Source: a virus | Strand: one strand, 5' to 3' | DNA length: 64,000 bases | IMG/VR virus record: IMGVR_UViG_3300046660_000385 | Span: 1-64,000 of that record | Shown: positions 1-8,492 of the stretch, piece after piece | Layout: every line of letters starts with the position of its first letter | Numbering within the stretch: position 1 is the stretch's first letter | Program-made: the position numbers and the translations under genes | Notes under the pieces: generated by a model | The model's database searches: none | What the model was told of the DNA's origin: nothing | Seen by the model: only the letters and a program-made list of their open reading frames with translations

Positions 1-349
1 AGCTTTTCACCCGCACCACCAGGCCGCCCAGCTTGTGCTCGCGCGCCAGGTGCGCCAGCGTGAGAAACACCTTCCAGTCCTGGCCGCGGATCTCCTCGCC
101 GGTCATGGTGACGGCCGCGTCGTCGCCACCGAGCGTGAACAGCCGCTCGTTGTGGTAGTAGCGGCGCGGGGCGCCGCCCGTCTTGGTCGAGATCAGGGCA
201 CAGCGGGTCAGCTCGTTGGCGATCGCCCGCACCTCGTCGTGCCAGTACGGCAGCTGGACCGGGGCGAACCGTTTCAGTTCGGCCTCCATCGTCCGGGCCT
301 TGGTTTTCAGATCGAGCGCGCGCTGCTGCGGAGTGGAATCGTCCGGCAT
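1..349 (-). CDS. trfA: TrfA-family plasmid replication initiator (5' part; runs off window)
   Basis: Not in ORF track; hand translation from ATG 349 (RBS AGGA): MPDDSTPQ...QLPYWHDEVRAIANELTRCALIS...RRYYHNERLFTLGG...TMTGEEIRGQDWKVFLTLAHLARE, matching the TrfA pattern QLPxW..R..PNE..RSALF...YTGEEL...D..V...L.HLAR. Confidence 0.75.
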   Translation of the reverse strand, partial: MPDDSTPQQRALDLKTKARTMEAELKRFAPVQLPYWHDEVRAIANELTRCALISTKTGGAPRRYYHNERLFTLGGDDAAVTMTGEEIRGQDWKVFLTLAHLAREHKLGGLVVRVKS

Positions 350-402
350 GGTCGTCCTATCGTTGTGTTGTCAGGCGGGCCAGGACGTGGCCCGGGTGTG
401 TC

Positions 403-873
403 TCAGCTGGTCTGGCGCGGATCTGGCCAGGCCGCCACCGGCCGCGCCGGGCCGGCGGACGCCATCTGGTGCACCGCGTGGCTGGCGTCCACGGCGGGCG
501 ATGCCGTCGGCGCGTAGCTGGCGGGCGCCGGCTTCTCGATCAGGAAGTCGTCCCAGTCGCGGCCGGCGATCCAGTTCGGGGTGCGGCCAGTGCCGGTCCA
601 GGTGGCGCCGCTCTCGGGGTCCCTGTACTTCGGTGCGCCCTTCGGCGTGCGGTCGCGCTTCTTCTCGGGTTTCCTCTCGCGCTTCGGCAGGCTTGGGGGC
701 GGCGGATAGCCGAGTTCCTCGGCGGTCAGGTCATAGGCGGCGATCAGGGCCTTGATGTCGGTGACGGCGGCGGCGCGGCCCTCCATCATCAGCAACGTGG
801 CTTTCTCCTGCAGCGCGCGGATCTGGCTCTGCAGCTCCTGGTAGGCCTGGTAGTTACGGTGCAGGTCGCTCAT
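403..873 (-). CDS. hns: H-NS family nucleoid-associated protein with C-terminal extension
   Basis: N-terminal coiled coil plus PKYRDPESGATWTGTGRTPNWI DNA-binding motif. Confidence 0.9.
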   Translation of the reverse strand: MSDLHRNYQAYQELQSQIRALQEKATLLMMEGRAAAVTDIKALIAAYDLTAEELGYPPPPSLPKRERKPEKKRDRTPKGAPKYRDPESGATWTGTGRTPNWIAGRDWDDFLIEKPAPASYAPTASPAVDASHAVHQMASAGPARPVAAWPDPRQTS

Positions 874-1220
874 GCTTCACCGCCAATCCGGTACTGTTCC
901 CGGTCTTTGCCCCGAATCCACATCGGAACGGTGCCCATGCCGCTCCACGTCTTGCCGGTTTCCGGGTCGCGGTATTTCGGCACGCCGGCAGTGGGGAAAC
1001 AGCGGCGCGGCTTGCCCACCGCCAGGATCTCCTCGGGCGGCAGGCCGATGCTGGCGGCGATGCGGGCGATTTTCGCGCGGGCCTCGTCGACCAGCTCGAC
1101 CCGCCGCTTGGCGATATGGTCGGCCAGCAGCTGCTGCAGCGATTCAAGGTAGGGAAGTTCGAGCGATTCGATCAAAGGGAGTACATCGGCCAGTGCGGCG
1201 GCGTGTGGAGAGCGGGTCAT
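870..1220 (-). CDS. hns: Second H-NS family protein
   Basis: PKYRDPETGKTWSGMGTVPMWI motif; 4-nt overlap with next gene. Confidence 0.85.
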   Translation of the reverse strand: MTRSPHAAALADVLPLIESLELPYLESLQQLLADHIAKRRVELVDEARAKIARIAASIGLPPEEILAVGKPRRCFPTAGVPKYRDPETGKTWSGMGTVPMWIRGKDREQYRIGGEA

Positions 1221-1239
1221 GGTTCGTGGTCAGGGTTTA

Positions 1240-1494
1240 TCAATTATTAAAATGGTCGGGCGCGCGGCCCAGATGAAAGTACAACGTGGCCGCCATCGCG
1301 GCCTGGCGCCGGGTCAGACCGGGCGGGTCCTCCTCCTCGCCGCCATAGCAGGAGCAGCGGCGTCTCTGGTGGCCGAGCGAGCCGAGCGCGGCGCGCAGGC
1401 CGCACTCGTAGTGGACCGGCTGGCCATAGGATGGGGCGCGGCGGTCGGTGTCGAGCACCTCCTCGTCGCAGCAGGGGCAGATCAGCGCGGTCAT
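1240..1494 (-). CDS. Small Cys/His-rich hypothetical protein
   Basis: MTALICPCC...HYEC...CSC; ATGA overlap with upstream gene. Confidence 0.6.
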   Translation of the reverse strand: MTALICPCCDEEVLDTDRRAPSYGQPVHYECGLRAALGSLGHQRRRCSCYGGEEEDPPGLTRRQAAMAATLYFHLGRAPDHFNN

Positions 1495-1757
1495 GGTGCG
1501 GGCACCACCTTGAAGCCGATGGTGGCGATGGCGACCTTTGGCCTGGCGTCCCATTCGATGAAGTACATCGCGGCGCCGTTCTGGATCTCGGGGTGCGACA
1601 TGCTGCCCAGCACGGTGCCGAGCGCGCCATCCGGGTGGGCATCGCCCTCCTCGGAGTTGGCCTTCATGATGCGGGTGCCGTTGGCCAGCGCGCCGGGGGC
1701 CTGGTCGCGCGTGAACGCGCCGTGGTAGCCGGGGTACTTGCGGAACGGGTCTGTCAT
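1491..1757 (-). CDS. Hypothetical protein
   Basis: MTDPFRKYPG...; RBS GAGGAG, ATGA coupling. Confidence 0.65.
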   Translation of the reverse strand: MTDPFRKYPGYHGAFTRDQAPGALANGTRIMKANSEEGDAHPDGALGTVLGSMSHPEIQNGAAMYFIEWDARPKVAIATIGFKVVPAP

Positions 1758-2443
1758 GATGGCTCCTCGTCGTCGGCGAAGTGCGCGCGCATCCGCTCGA
1801 TCTCGGCCCGCTCGGCGTTGCTCAGCTGCAGCCCGGCCGCGGCGCCCAGCGCGTCCTCGAAGTTTCGCCAGTCGCGCGCCAGCACCATCGTGCTTGCGCC
1901 CGACCCCATGAAGTGCAGGATCGTGGCCTCGTCCGGGATCGGCGCGCCGGCCAGCTCCTCCTGGGCCTCGAACATCGCCCACCATAACGAGATCGGCGAG
2001 GCCGCCTTGCGCAGCGCGGCCAGGGTTCGCTGGGTCAGCAGCAGGTCCGATTCGAGCGGCAGCGGGATCAGGCACTCGCCGACCTGTACAGCCGACGGCA
2101 GCGCGGGCAGGCGGTTGTCCTCGAAGTAGAAGTCGAGGGCCGTGCCCAGCGCGTCAGCGGCCATTGCGATCGCATCGTCCAGCGTCTCGCCCTGCGTGAG
2201 CGCTTCGGGCACGTCGCGGAACTGCACAATCCAGGCGCCGCCCTCGCCCTGCGTGAAGCTGGCCGGGTAGGCGGTGCGCCTTGGTGCGGTCATGTCCTCG
2301 GGCCAGGCGTCCTGCTTCTGGCGCCAGGCCGAGCCTTGGTAGAACGCGTTCATGACGTCGGTCTGGATGCACTCGCGGTCGTCGTCCTCGTAGCTCTTGG
2401 CGTACTCGGTGGCGGCGTCGATCAGTTCATGGGTATCGCTCAT
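1754..2443 (-). CDS. HicB-like antitoxin domain embedded in a larger protein
   Basis: Central YPASFTQGEGGAWIVQFRDVPEALTQGETLDDAIAMAADAL...YFEDNRLPALPS is the HicB N-terminal signature; start ATG 2443. Confidence 0.75.
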   Translation of the reverse strand: MSDTHELIDAATEYAKSYEDDDRECIQTDVMNAFYQGSAWRQKQDAWPEDMTAPRRTAYPASFTQGEGGAWIVQFRDVPEALTQGETLDDAIAMAADALGTALDFYFEDNRLPALPSAVQVGECLIPLPLESDLLLTQRTLAALRKAASPISLWWAMFEAQEELAGAPIPDEATILHFMGSGASTMVLARDWRNFEDALGAAAGLQLSNAERAEIERMRAHFADDEEPS

Positions 2444-2664
2444 ATCCAGGTCTCCATAATGGATGGGAGGTCGCCGGGCTGGCGCACCACACGGTGCAGG
2501 CCACGCGGCAGTTGTTCGCGCACGCCGTCCAGGGTCTCTCCGGTCAGGACGTCGTCGGTCGTGACGAGCCGGCCGCCGGGCTGGACCTCGAAGCGGCGCG
2601 CTACGAAGTGTTTGGGGTAGTCGACTGGCCGGTTGTAGACGGTCCAGAGGGTGAACAGCTTCAA
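2440..2664 (-). CDS. Hypothetical phage protein
   Basis: 74-aa ORF coupled to both neighbours. Confidence 0.65.
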   Translation of the reverse strand: MKLFTLWTVYNRPVDYPKHFVARRFEVQPGGRLVTTDDVLTGETLDGVREQLPRGLHRVVRQPGDLPSIMETWI

Positions 2665-2921
2665 TGCAGGCCTCCATCCGGGGCCGGCTTGACCGTGACG
2701 TCGGACACCTCGCCACCAAATCCGGTGGCGAAGCGGTTCAGGGCCTGCTCGGCCAGCGCCTCGAACTCGCCGTCGCCGCGTGCATGGGAATGTTCCACGA
2801 AGCCGCGCGCGATCTGGCCGAACAGGTGCAAGCCTTCGCTGGGCGAGACTTTCAGCTCCTTCGCCAGGTCGGCCACCCGGCGCACGAACTCGTCGTACTT
2901 CTTGATGTCCTTGTCCGCCAT
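2661..2921 (-). CDS. Hypothetical protein, paralog of 3264-3587
   Basis: Coupled ORF; shared F...VADL...P...LFG...R pattern. Confidence 0.7.
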   Translation of the reverse strand: MADKDIKKYDEFVRRVADLAKELKVSPSEGLHLFGQIARGFVEHSHARGDGEFEALAEQALNRFATGFGGEVSDVTVKPAPDGGLH

Positions 2922-3256
2922 CAGTGCACCGGCCCGGTCGGGGTCAGAGGCGAGCCATCCGGGTTCTTGCCCTGCTCGGCCAGCCAGTCGTTCATTTCCG
3001 CCTCGGTCTTGAAGCGCTTGCCGACCACGTTGGCGGCCAGCGCGTGCTCGATGATCTCGCGCAGGTCCTCGACCACTTCGTCCTCGTTATCGTGCAGCAT
3101 CATGCCGACACCCTTGAGCGCAACGATCGCGGAAAACACCAGGTCCGGGTAGTGCAGGCCGTGCTGCTCCTGCTCTTTCAGGGCCTCCATGTACGCGCCG
3201 GTCAGCTCGCCGGCGAGTTCGGCGATGTTCTGTTTCGTGAATTTTTTCTTGGTCAT
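2921..3256 (-). CDS. Hypothetical protein
   Basis: 111-aa ORF, RBS GAGG, TGATG coupling. Confidence 0.7.
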   Translation of the reverse strand: MTKKKFTKQNIAELAGELTGAYMEALKEQEQHGLHYPDLVFSAIVALKGVGMMLHDNEDEVVEDLREIIEHALAANVVGKRFKTEAEMNDWLAEQGKNPDGSPLTPTGPVH

Positions 3257-3263
3257 GTGGTCC

Positions 3264-3587
3264 TCACTGCAGGGGTTTGTCGTCGTGCTGACGCTCGAAC
3301 TGGGCTTTTACCTGCTCGGCCATCTCGCCCTTCATCTCGACGAAGCCGCCCTTCACGCCCAGGCCGACGGTGAAGCCCTTCATCGCCTCGAGCACGAGGT
3401 CGTTGCGGTCGCCGCCCAGCTCCTCGACCTCGTAGTCGATGATGCTGCGGCCGAAGAAGCCGAACAGGCTAAACGCCATGCCCGGCTGGATCTGGTGCTT
3501 CTGCATCAGGTCGGCCACGCCGTCGAGGAACGCCTTTGCGGCCACGGCCTCGTCGTCGGTGCTGCGTTCTTTCTTCTTATTCGTCAT
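3264..3587 (-). CDS. Hypothetical protein, paralog of 2661-2921
   Basis: 107-aa ORF, RBS AGGAAA. Confidence 0.7.
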   Translation of the reverse strand: MTNKKKERSTDDEAVAAKAFLDGVADLMQKHQIQPGMAFSLFGFFGRSIIDYEVEELGGDRNDLVLEAMKGFTVGLGVKGGFVEMKGEMAEQVKAQFERQHDDKPLQ

Positions 3588-4014
3588 CGTTGTATTTTCC
3601 TTGTTTGATGAGGCGCCACGGCGGCAGGCGCCAGAGCGTGCACACCAGCACGCCGAGCAGGTTGAACGCGGCCAGCCAGTGTTGGCCCCGGTCGAGGGCG
3701 TCGATCATCCACCAGGCGTTGTTGACGCCGACGATCCACTGCAGGATTAGCCAGAACATCGGCCGGCCCGGCAGGACCGGATTGCGGCGCACCGCTGGCG
3801 GCAGCGGCCGGTGCTCCTCGCCGCGCAGGCGCGCGATCTCCCCCAGGATCGCGTCGGCCTGGTACAGCAGGCGCTTGCCCTTCCTGTGTTCGATCATGGT
3901 GAATATCGGGAAGCGGCCGGGCGCGTAGATCCGGTCCAGCTCGCGCATCATCGGGTCGAGCACGCCCATCAGGTAGGCCACGCGGCGCTCGCGTTCGAGG
4001 TCGTGCGGCGTCAT
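3577..4014 (-). CDS. Hypothetical membrane protein
   Basis: MTPHDLERE...; two hydrophobic C-terminal segments. Confidence 0.6.
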   Translation of the reverse strand: MTPHDLERERRVAYLMGVLDPMMRELDRIYAPGRFPIFTMIEHRKGKRLLYQADAILGEIARLRGEEHRPLPPAVRRNPVLPGRPMFWLILQWIVGVNNAWWMIDALDRGQHWLAAFNLLGVLVCTLWRLPPWRLIKQGKYNDDE

Positions 4015-4160
4015 GCCTTCCTCCGCGCCAGGTCCTCGGTCAGCGCCTCGATGACCAGCTGGCCCAGGCTGATGCCGCGGATGCGCGCCACGCAGGCCAG
4101 CTTGCAGATCGTCGGCCACGGCAGCGTGACGGTCCAGTCGATGTCGGGTTCGCGGATCAT
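4011..4160 (-). CDS. Small ribbon-helix-helix-like protein
   Basis: MIREPDIDWTVTLPWPTICKLACVARIRGISLGQLVIEAL: strand-helix-GIS-helix pattern; coupled both sides. Confidence 0.5.
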   Translation of the reverse strand: MIREPDIDWTVTLPWPTICKLACVARIRGISLGQLVIEALTEDLARRKA

Positions 4161-4528
4161 GCCAGGGTTCCCAGCTTGGCGATGCCGACGAAGATGTCCG
4201 GCGGGCGCGGGATCTCGATCTCGAGCGGACGCCACAGGTGCAGGCAGTTCGGGTGGTTGGAAATCCATGACGAGCGCGGGACGTGCAGCTGCATCACGCA
4301 ATCCTCCGGGTCCCAGAACAATTCTTTGACGGCGCACATCTCGTCCCAGAGTGGCGGGCGATCCTGGCGCGAGACGGAGACGTGTTCCCAGCCCAGCTGG
4401 TCCGAGCAGATCACGCGCAGGGTCTGGTTGCGCGCGAGCTTGACCATGAACAGGCCGTTGTTGCCGGCCTCCTTGGTGGTGCCGTAGATGCCGCTGGTGA
4501 CGCGAAAACGTTCGGGGACTTTGAGCAT
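4157..4528 (-). CDS. Conserved phage protein (GWEHVSVS...LHLWRP family)
   Basis: GWEHVSVS..PPLWDEMC.VK.LFW...HPNCLHLWRP motif set, common in phage hypothetical proteins. Confidence 0.75.
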   Translation of the reverse strand: MLKVPERFRVTSGIYGTTKEAGNNGLFMVKLARNQTLRVICSDQLGWEHVSVSRQDRPPLWDEMCAVKELFWDPEDCVMQLHVPRSSWISNHPNCLHLWRPLEIEIPRPPDIFVGIAKLGTLA

Positions 4529-4630
4529 TGGGGTGTCGGTAAGAAAGGGAACACACACTATTATTATTGAGCGGTATCAATGGCCGCAAGGGTTTTTATG
4601 TGTCTTGTGTGGCGTGAGAATGTGTGATTT

Positions 4631-5548
4631 TTACCGTGTTTTCAAGAGCTTAGGCAGGTTCTCCTCGACCAGCCGGTGCAGTGCGTCGTAGTCGATATTG
4701 CCGGACACGCGCGCGCCCTCGGCCGTGTACACCAGGCGCACGCCGCCGCCCAGTTCGATGTCCTTTTTCGGCTTGTCGGCGCGCGGGTTGGCCCGCTCCT
4801 CGATCCACGCCGGTACGCTGGCCTGGGTCAGCTTGCCCTTGGCGAGCAGGTCGAGCGCGTCGAGTACCAGCAGCTCGTGCTGCGGACAGTAGGCCTTGAA
4901 CTTCTTGGCCAGGTTGTAGCCGACGATCGTGGGGTGGTCGTCGAGCAGCTGCTGGGCGGCCAGCGGCAGCACGGCGAAGCCGTCCAGCGCCGGGATCACG
5001 GTGCGGTCAACGTTCAGCAGGCGCCCCAGCTCGGTCGCGCTGGTGGCGGCGCCGATCCGGCGCAGCATCTGCGCGTGCTTGTACAGTTCCCAGTCGCCCA
5101 GGTTCCTGCGGTGGGTATTCTCGGTCGTCAGTGCCCTGGCCGCCTCGGCGTCGGACATGGGGCGCACGAACGCGGGGATCTCGTGCCGGCCCAGGTGGGC
5201 GTACGCCTGCAGCCGATGGTGGCCGGCGATCAGCTCGTAGCGGGGTTGGGGGGGTGTGATACTATCACACCCCTCCTGCGGCAAGGCCGCCAGCGGGCGC
5301 ACGATGATCGGGTCGTGCAGGCCCTCGATACGGATGCTCTCGGCCAGCGCTTCTATATAGGCCTGGTCGGCCCGGCCGCGGCTCTGGTAGGCCGACACCG
5401 CGATGTAGTGCAGCTTGAGCATCTGCGGCGGCGCAGTGTCCTGGCCCATCCTGCCGATGATGGTGGTGGCGACGTCGGCCTGCATCTGTTCGCGTGGCCG
5501 GCGCTCGGCCGCGCCCGCCATCAGTTCGCGTTCCTGCTTACTCGGCAT
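4631..5548 (-). CDS. parB: ParB/RepB/Spo0J partition protein
   Basis: LAESIRIEGLHDPIIVR...YELIAGHHRL...EN..RRNL; directly downstream of parA. Confidence 0.92.
   Translation of the reverse strand: MPSKQERELMAGAAERRPREQMQADVATTIIGRMGQDTAPPQMLKLHYIAVSAYQSRGRADQAYIEALAESIRIEGLHDPIIVRPLAALPQEGCDSITPPQPRYELIAGHHRLQAYAHLGRHEIPAFVRPMSDAEAARALTTENTHRRNLGDWELYKHAQMLRRIGAATSATELGRLLNVDRTVIPALDGFAVLPLAAQQLLDDHPTIVGYNLAKKFKAYCPQHELLVLDALDLLAKGKLTQASVPAWIEERANPRADKPKKDIELGGGVRLVYTAEGARVSGNIDYDALHRLVEENLPKLLKTR
5251..5273. repeat. 23-bp palindrome copy 1, candidate parS, inside parB
   Basis: GGGGTGTGATA-C-TATCACACCCC, perfect inverted repeat, identical to 7254-7276. Confidence 0.75.
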
Positions 5549-6350
5549 GGGCCAGCTCCTCCTCCACGTTCTTGCGGGCCAGCCCCAGCTTGTCCATCAG
5601 CTCGCGCATCAGGCGCACCGTCACGCGCGAGACCGTATGGTCCTTGTCGTACTGCATGATGGTCTTGCCGACCAGCTGGGCCTTCTTGACGTCGGTCGAT
5701 TCCGGCAGCGCGGTCTCGAACACGCTCTCGAACGAGGCCTTCACCTCGTTGGCGACGATCCGGCATACCTGCTTGCGGCCGTCGTGCTTGGTGAGCACGG
5801 CGCCGCCAAAGGTCAGTTTCGGGTTGGCGGTCTTGGCCTGGTGGATGAAGTCGAGCACGTCGTCAGCGCCGATCAGCGACAGCTTGGAGCCGGATTCGAC
5901 CGGCACGATCACCATGTCGGCGGCCGCCAGCGCGTTCGCGCTGAGCAGGCCCAGCGACGGCGGGCAGTCGATCAGGATCACGTCGTAGCCGTCGGCAATC
6001 CGCGACAGCTTCTCGGCCAGCAGGCGCGTGGCGATGAACGGGTTGGCGGCCAGCACCTCGCGTTCCAGGTTCGCCAGTTTCAGGGTCGCGCCGAGCAGGT
6101 GCACGCCGGGGATGCGGGTCTCGGTGATGATCGCCTCGGAGATCGTCGACTGGCCGGCCAGCACGCGCTCGATCGGCCGGGACGGCAGCTCCGCGAAGCT
6201 GTAGATCAGCGCGGTCGCGTGGGCCTGGGGATCGAAGTCGACGACCAGCACACTCAGGCCTTCGCGCGCCAGGGCGTCCGCGCCCGAGGTGCAGAGGAAG
6301 GTTTTGTTGACGCCGCCCTTGTGGTTGACGACCGCTACAATTTTCGCCAT
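5538..6350 (-). CDS. parA: ParA/Soj family ATPase
   Basis: NHKGGVNKT deviant Walker A, VDFDPQAHAT, YDVILIDCPPSLG. Confidence 0.95.
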   Translation of the reverse strand: MAKIVAVVNHKGGVNKTFLCTSGADALAREGLSVLVVDFDPQAHATALIYSFAELPSRPIERVLAGQSTISEAIITETRIPGVHLLGATLKLANLEREVLAANPFIATRLLAEKLSRIADGYDVILIDCPPSLGLLSANALAAADMVIVPVESGSKLSLIGADDVLDFIHQAKTANPKLTFGGAVLTKHDGRKQVCRIVANEVKASFESVFETALPESTDVKKAQLVGKTIMQYDKDHTVSRVTVRLMRELMDKLGLARKNVEEELAHAE

Positions 6351-6422
6351 GTCAGTAGTGCCTGGTTATTAGAAAGAGGAAATTATCTCATGCAGGAGCG
6401 ATAATTACCACTAAGACAGGGC

Positions 6423-6455
6423 AAAAAAAAAGCCCCGCTGAATAAGCAGCGGGGC
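6423..6455 (-). terminator. Intrinsic terminator upstream of parA
   Basis: Minus strand GCCCCGCTG-loop-CAGCGGGGC followed by T9. Confidence 0.85.
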
Positions 6456-6496
6456 AGGGTATGTTGGTCTGTCCACGGACCAGCAACGATTCTACC

Positions 6497-7129
6497 TCAT
6501 GCGGCGCTGGCCAGGTACATCGCGGTCAGCGCATCGCGCAGTGCGTCGACGTCGCCGTTGACCAACAGCGGTTCCTGGCCGATGCCGCGCAGGATCTGCA
6601 CGGTCTTGCCGTTGGCGCGGCGGGTCATGACGATCACCTTGTGGTAGGCGCGCAGCGATTCGAGCGCCTTCATCGAGTCGGCCGCGTCCAGCAGCAGCAG
6701 CTTGAACTCCTTGCCGAACTCGTTCTCGATCATGCGGTGGTGGATCTGCGGCAGCGCGATCACGGCCACGCGGCGGCGGAACGCCAGCGGCTCATTGCCG
6801 GCCGGGGCCGGCGCACGCTGCACCGGCGGCACCAGCTGCACCGCCGGCGCGGGCGCCTCGACCGGCGCCGCCAGCGGCGCGGGCGCCGGTGCGGGTGCTT
6901 CCTCCCCGCGCAGGCCGGCCAGCCAGCCCGGATACCCGCCGAGGCGCCACAGATCCCACTTGCCGATCAGGGCGGCCATCGCGCCGTCGGCGTCGGTGAT
7001 CCCCTGCTGGGTCATGAAGTCCTTGATGTCCTTGCGCAGCGCCAGGCCGTAGTCGGCCCACTCGGCTTCTTCCTGGCTACGGTGCACCTGGCCGTCATCG
7101 GACACGTATGCGGTAATCGCCTTTGCCAA
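6497..7129 (-). CDS. Hypothetical two-domain protein with Ala/Pro linker
   Basis: Likely TTG start after GAGGAG; C-terminal alpha/beta domain; ends LASAA. Confidence 0.65.
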   Translation of the reverse strand: MAKAITAYVSDDGQVHRSQEEAEWADYGLALRKDIKDFMTQQGITDADGAMAALIGKWDLWRLGGYPGWLAGLRGEEAPAPAPAPLAAPVEAPAPAVQLVPPVQRAPAPAGNEPLAFRRRVAVIALPQIHHRMIENEFGKEFKLLLLDAADSMKALESLRAYHKVIVMTRRANGKTVQILRGIGQEPLLVNGDVDALRDALTAMYLASAA

Positions 7130-7253
7130 AACGTCTCTCCTCATGCGGGATGGTCGTCGCGCCAGCCCTGCCCGCTCCCGGCCTGGTGCGTTTTCATTGC
7201 GGCGAAAACATACTCGCAGGACCATAGTATTGCAACTTTGGAACTTTGTGGAG

Positions 7254-7276
7254 GGGGTGTGATACTATCACACCCC
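7254..7276. repeat. 23-bp palindrome copy 2, candidate parS
   Basis: Identical to 5251-5273, intergenic. Confidence 0.75.
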
Positions 7277-7285
7277 TTTTTTAGC

Positions 7286-7831
7286 TCAGCGCGGGTAGGC
7301 GCGCAGCACGCGTTCAAGGCCTGGCCGGCACTCCTTGAACTCCGGGCACAAGCCGCCACGGTAGACGCACTCGGGCACCATGTAGTGCGCCAGGTCCGGG
7401 TCGATCTCGGCCACCGCATTGCGCACGCGGCGCCAGGTGGCGACCGTCTTGCCCGACGCGTTGTAGCACAGGCGCTTGCGGCTCATGGTGATGAGGGCCT
7501 GGGCGTTGACCAGCATGCCGTGGTTGACCGGCGTGTTGCGGGTGACGACGTCGTCGCCGGCGCCGCCGCGGTCGTCGCGCATGCTCTGGACAAAATGCTC
7601 GACGCCGTGTTTGTGGCGCACCAGGTGCACCGACACGAAGGTCGGGATGGCGGCCAGCTCGATCCAGAACATCCTGGCCCGGATCGGGCTGTGCTCGGTA
7701 CGATACCAGGCCTTCAGTGGCGCCTTGACCGGCTGGCCGTGCGTGGTCATCTGGGCCGCGCGTTGCACGAGGCCCAGGTCCGTGACCGGCACGATCTTGA
7801 TGACGCGCCGGGCCGGCGCACCCGTCTCCAT
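7286..7831 (-). CDS. thyX: ThyX-like FAD-dependent thymidylate synthase (short phage type)
   Basis: EHSPIR, VSVHLVRHK...QSMR, NAQALITMSRKRLC, C-terminal PECVYRGGLCPE. Confidence 0.7.
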   Translation of the reverse strand: METGAPARRVIKIVPVTDLGLVQRAAQMTTHGQPVKAPLKAWYRTEHSPIRARMFWIELAAIPTFVSVHLVRHKHGVEHFVQSMRDDRGGAGDDVVTRNTPVNHGMLVNAQALITMSRKRLCYNASGKTVATWRRVRNAVAEIDPDLAHYMVPECVYRGGLCPEFKECRPGLERVLRAYPR

Positions 7832-8082
7832 CAGGCCGGCTGCAGCGGCGTGTACAGCAGCGCGCGCAGGTCGTTGATCGACAGGCCGGTGGCGTCGTGC
7901 GACTTGATGAGGAAGGTGGCCGACACCGGCAGGTGGCCGTGGCGCATCTTGCTGATGACCGGCGGCTGCACGTCCATCACGCGGCACAGGGCGGCGTCGT
8001 TCTTGCAGCCCAGGATCTCGAGCAGCTTGTCGAGCAGTGCCTTCGGGTTCTGGGTCTGCGGGTCGGGTTTCTTGCGTGGCAT
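7831..8082 (-). CDS. XRE-like HTH protein
   Basis: NPKALLD...KNDAALCR.MDV.PPVISKMRH..LPV; resembles a family I recall from Oxalobacteraceae. Confidence 0.75.
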   Translation of the reverse strand: MPRKKPDPQTQNPKALLDKLLEILGCKNDAALCRVMDVQPPVISKMRHGHLPVSATFLIKSHDATGLSINDLRALLYTPLQPA

Positions 8083-8096
8083 GGTGCCTCCTATGG

Positions 8097-8492
8097 TTAG
8101 AGAGTGAAGTGCACGCCGAGCTGCTGTGCGGCGAACGCTTCGACCTGCTGCATGAACACGCTGAATTCCTCGACCGACAGGTCGGTCGAGGACATGGCGC
8201 GTGTGGCGCCGTCGGGCAGGTCGACGGTGCCGATGAACTGGCGTTTGAAATACTCGTGCCAGCTTTCCTTGTCGTACTGGCGCCCGCCGACCCACGCCTG
8301 TTCGGCGATGGCGCCGAGGACGGCCGGGCCGAAGTAGCGGCGGTTCTGTTCGAGCGAGCGCTTGGACTTATAAAACGTGACCGTCACGGCCAGGAACCGG
8401 CCCTCCTGCGCGAACTGTTTCCAGTTCGCGGTCAGGAACGAGACCAGGCTGGCCAGGTGCACCGCCTCGCGCAGGACGAACAGGCGCTGCAT
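8097..8492 (-). CDS. ninB: NinB/Orf family recombination protein
   Basis: KRSLEQNRRY...IAEQAWVGGRQY..ESWHEYFK...SSTDLSVEEFS.FMQQVEAFAA. Confidence 0.85.
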   Translation of the reverse strand: MQRLFVLREAVHLASLVSFLTANWKQFAQEGRFLAVTVTFYKSKRSLEQNRRYFGPAVLGAIAEQAWVGGRQYDKESWHEYFKRQFIGTVDLPDGATRAMSSTDLSVEEFSVFMQQVEAFAAQQLGVHFTL

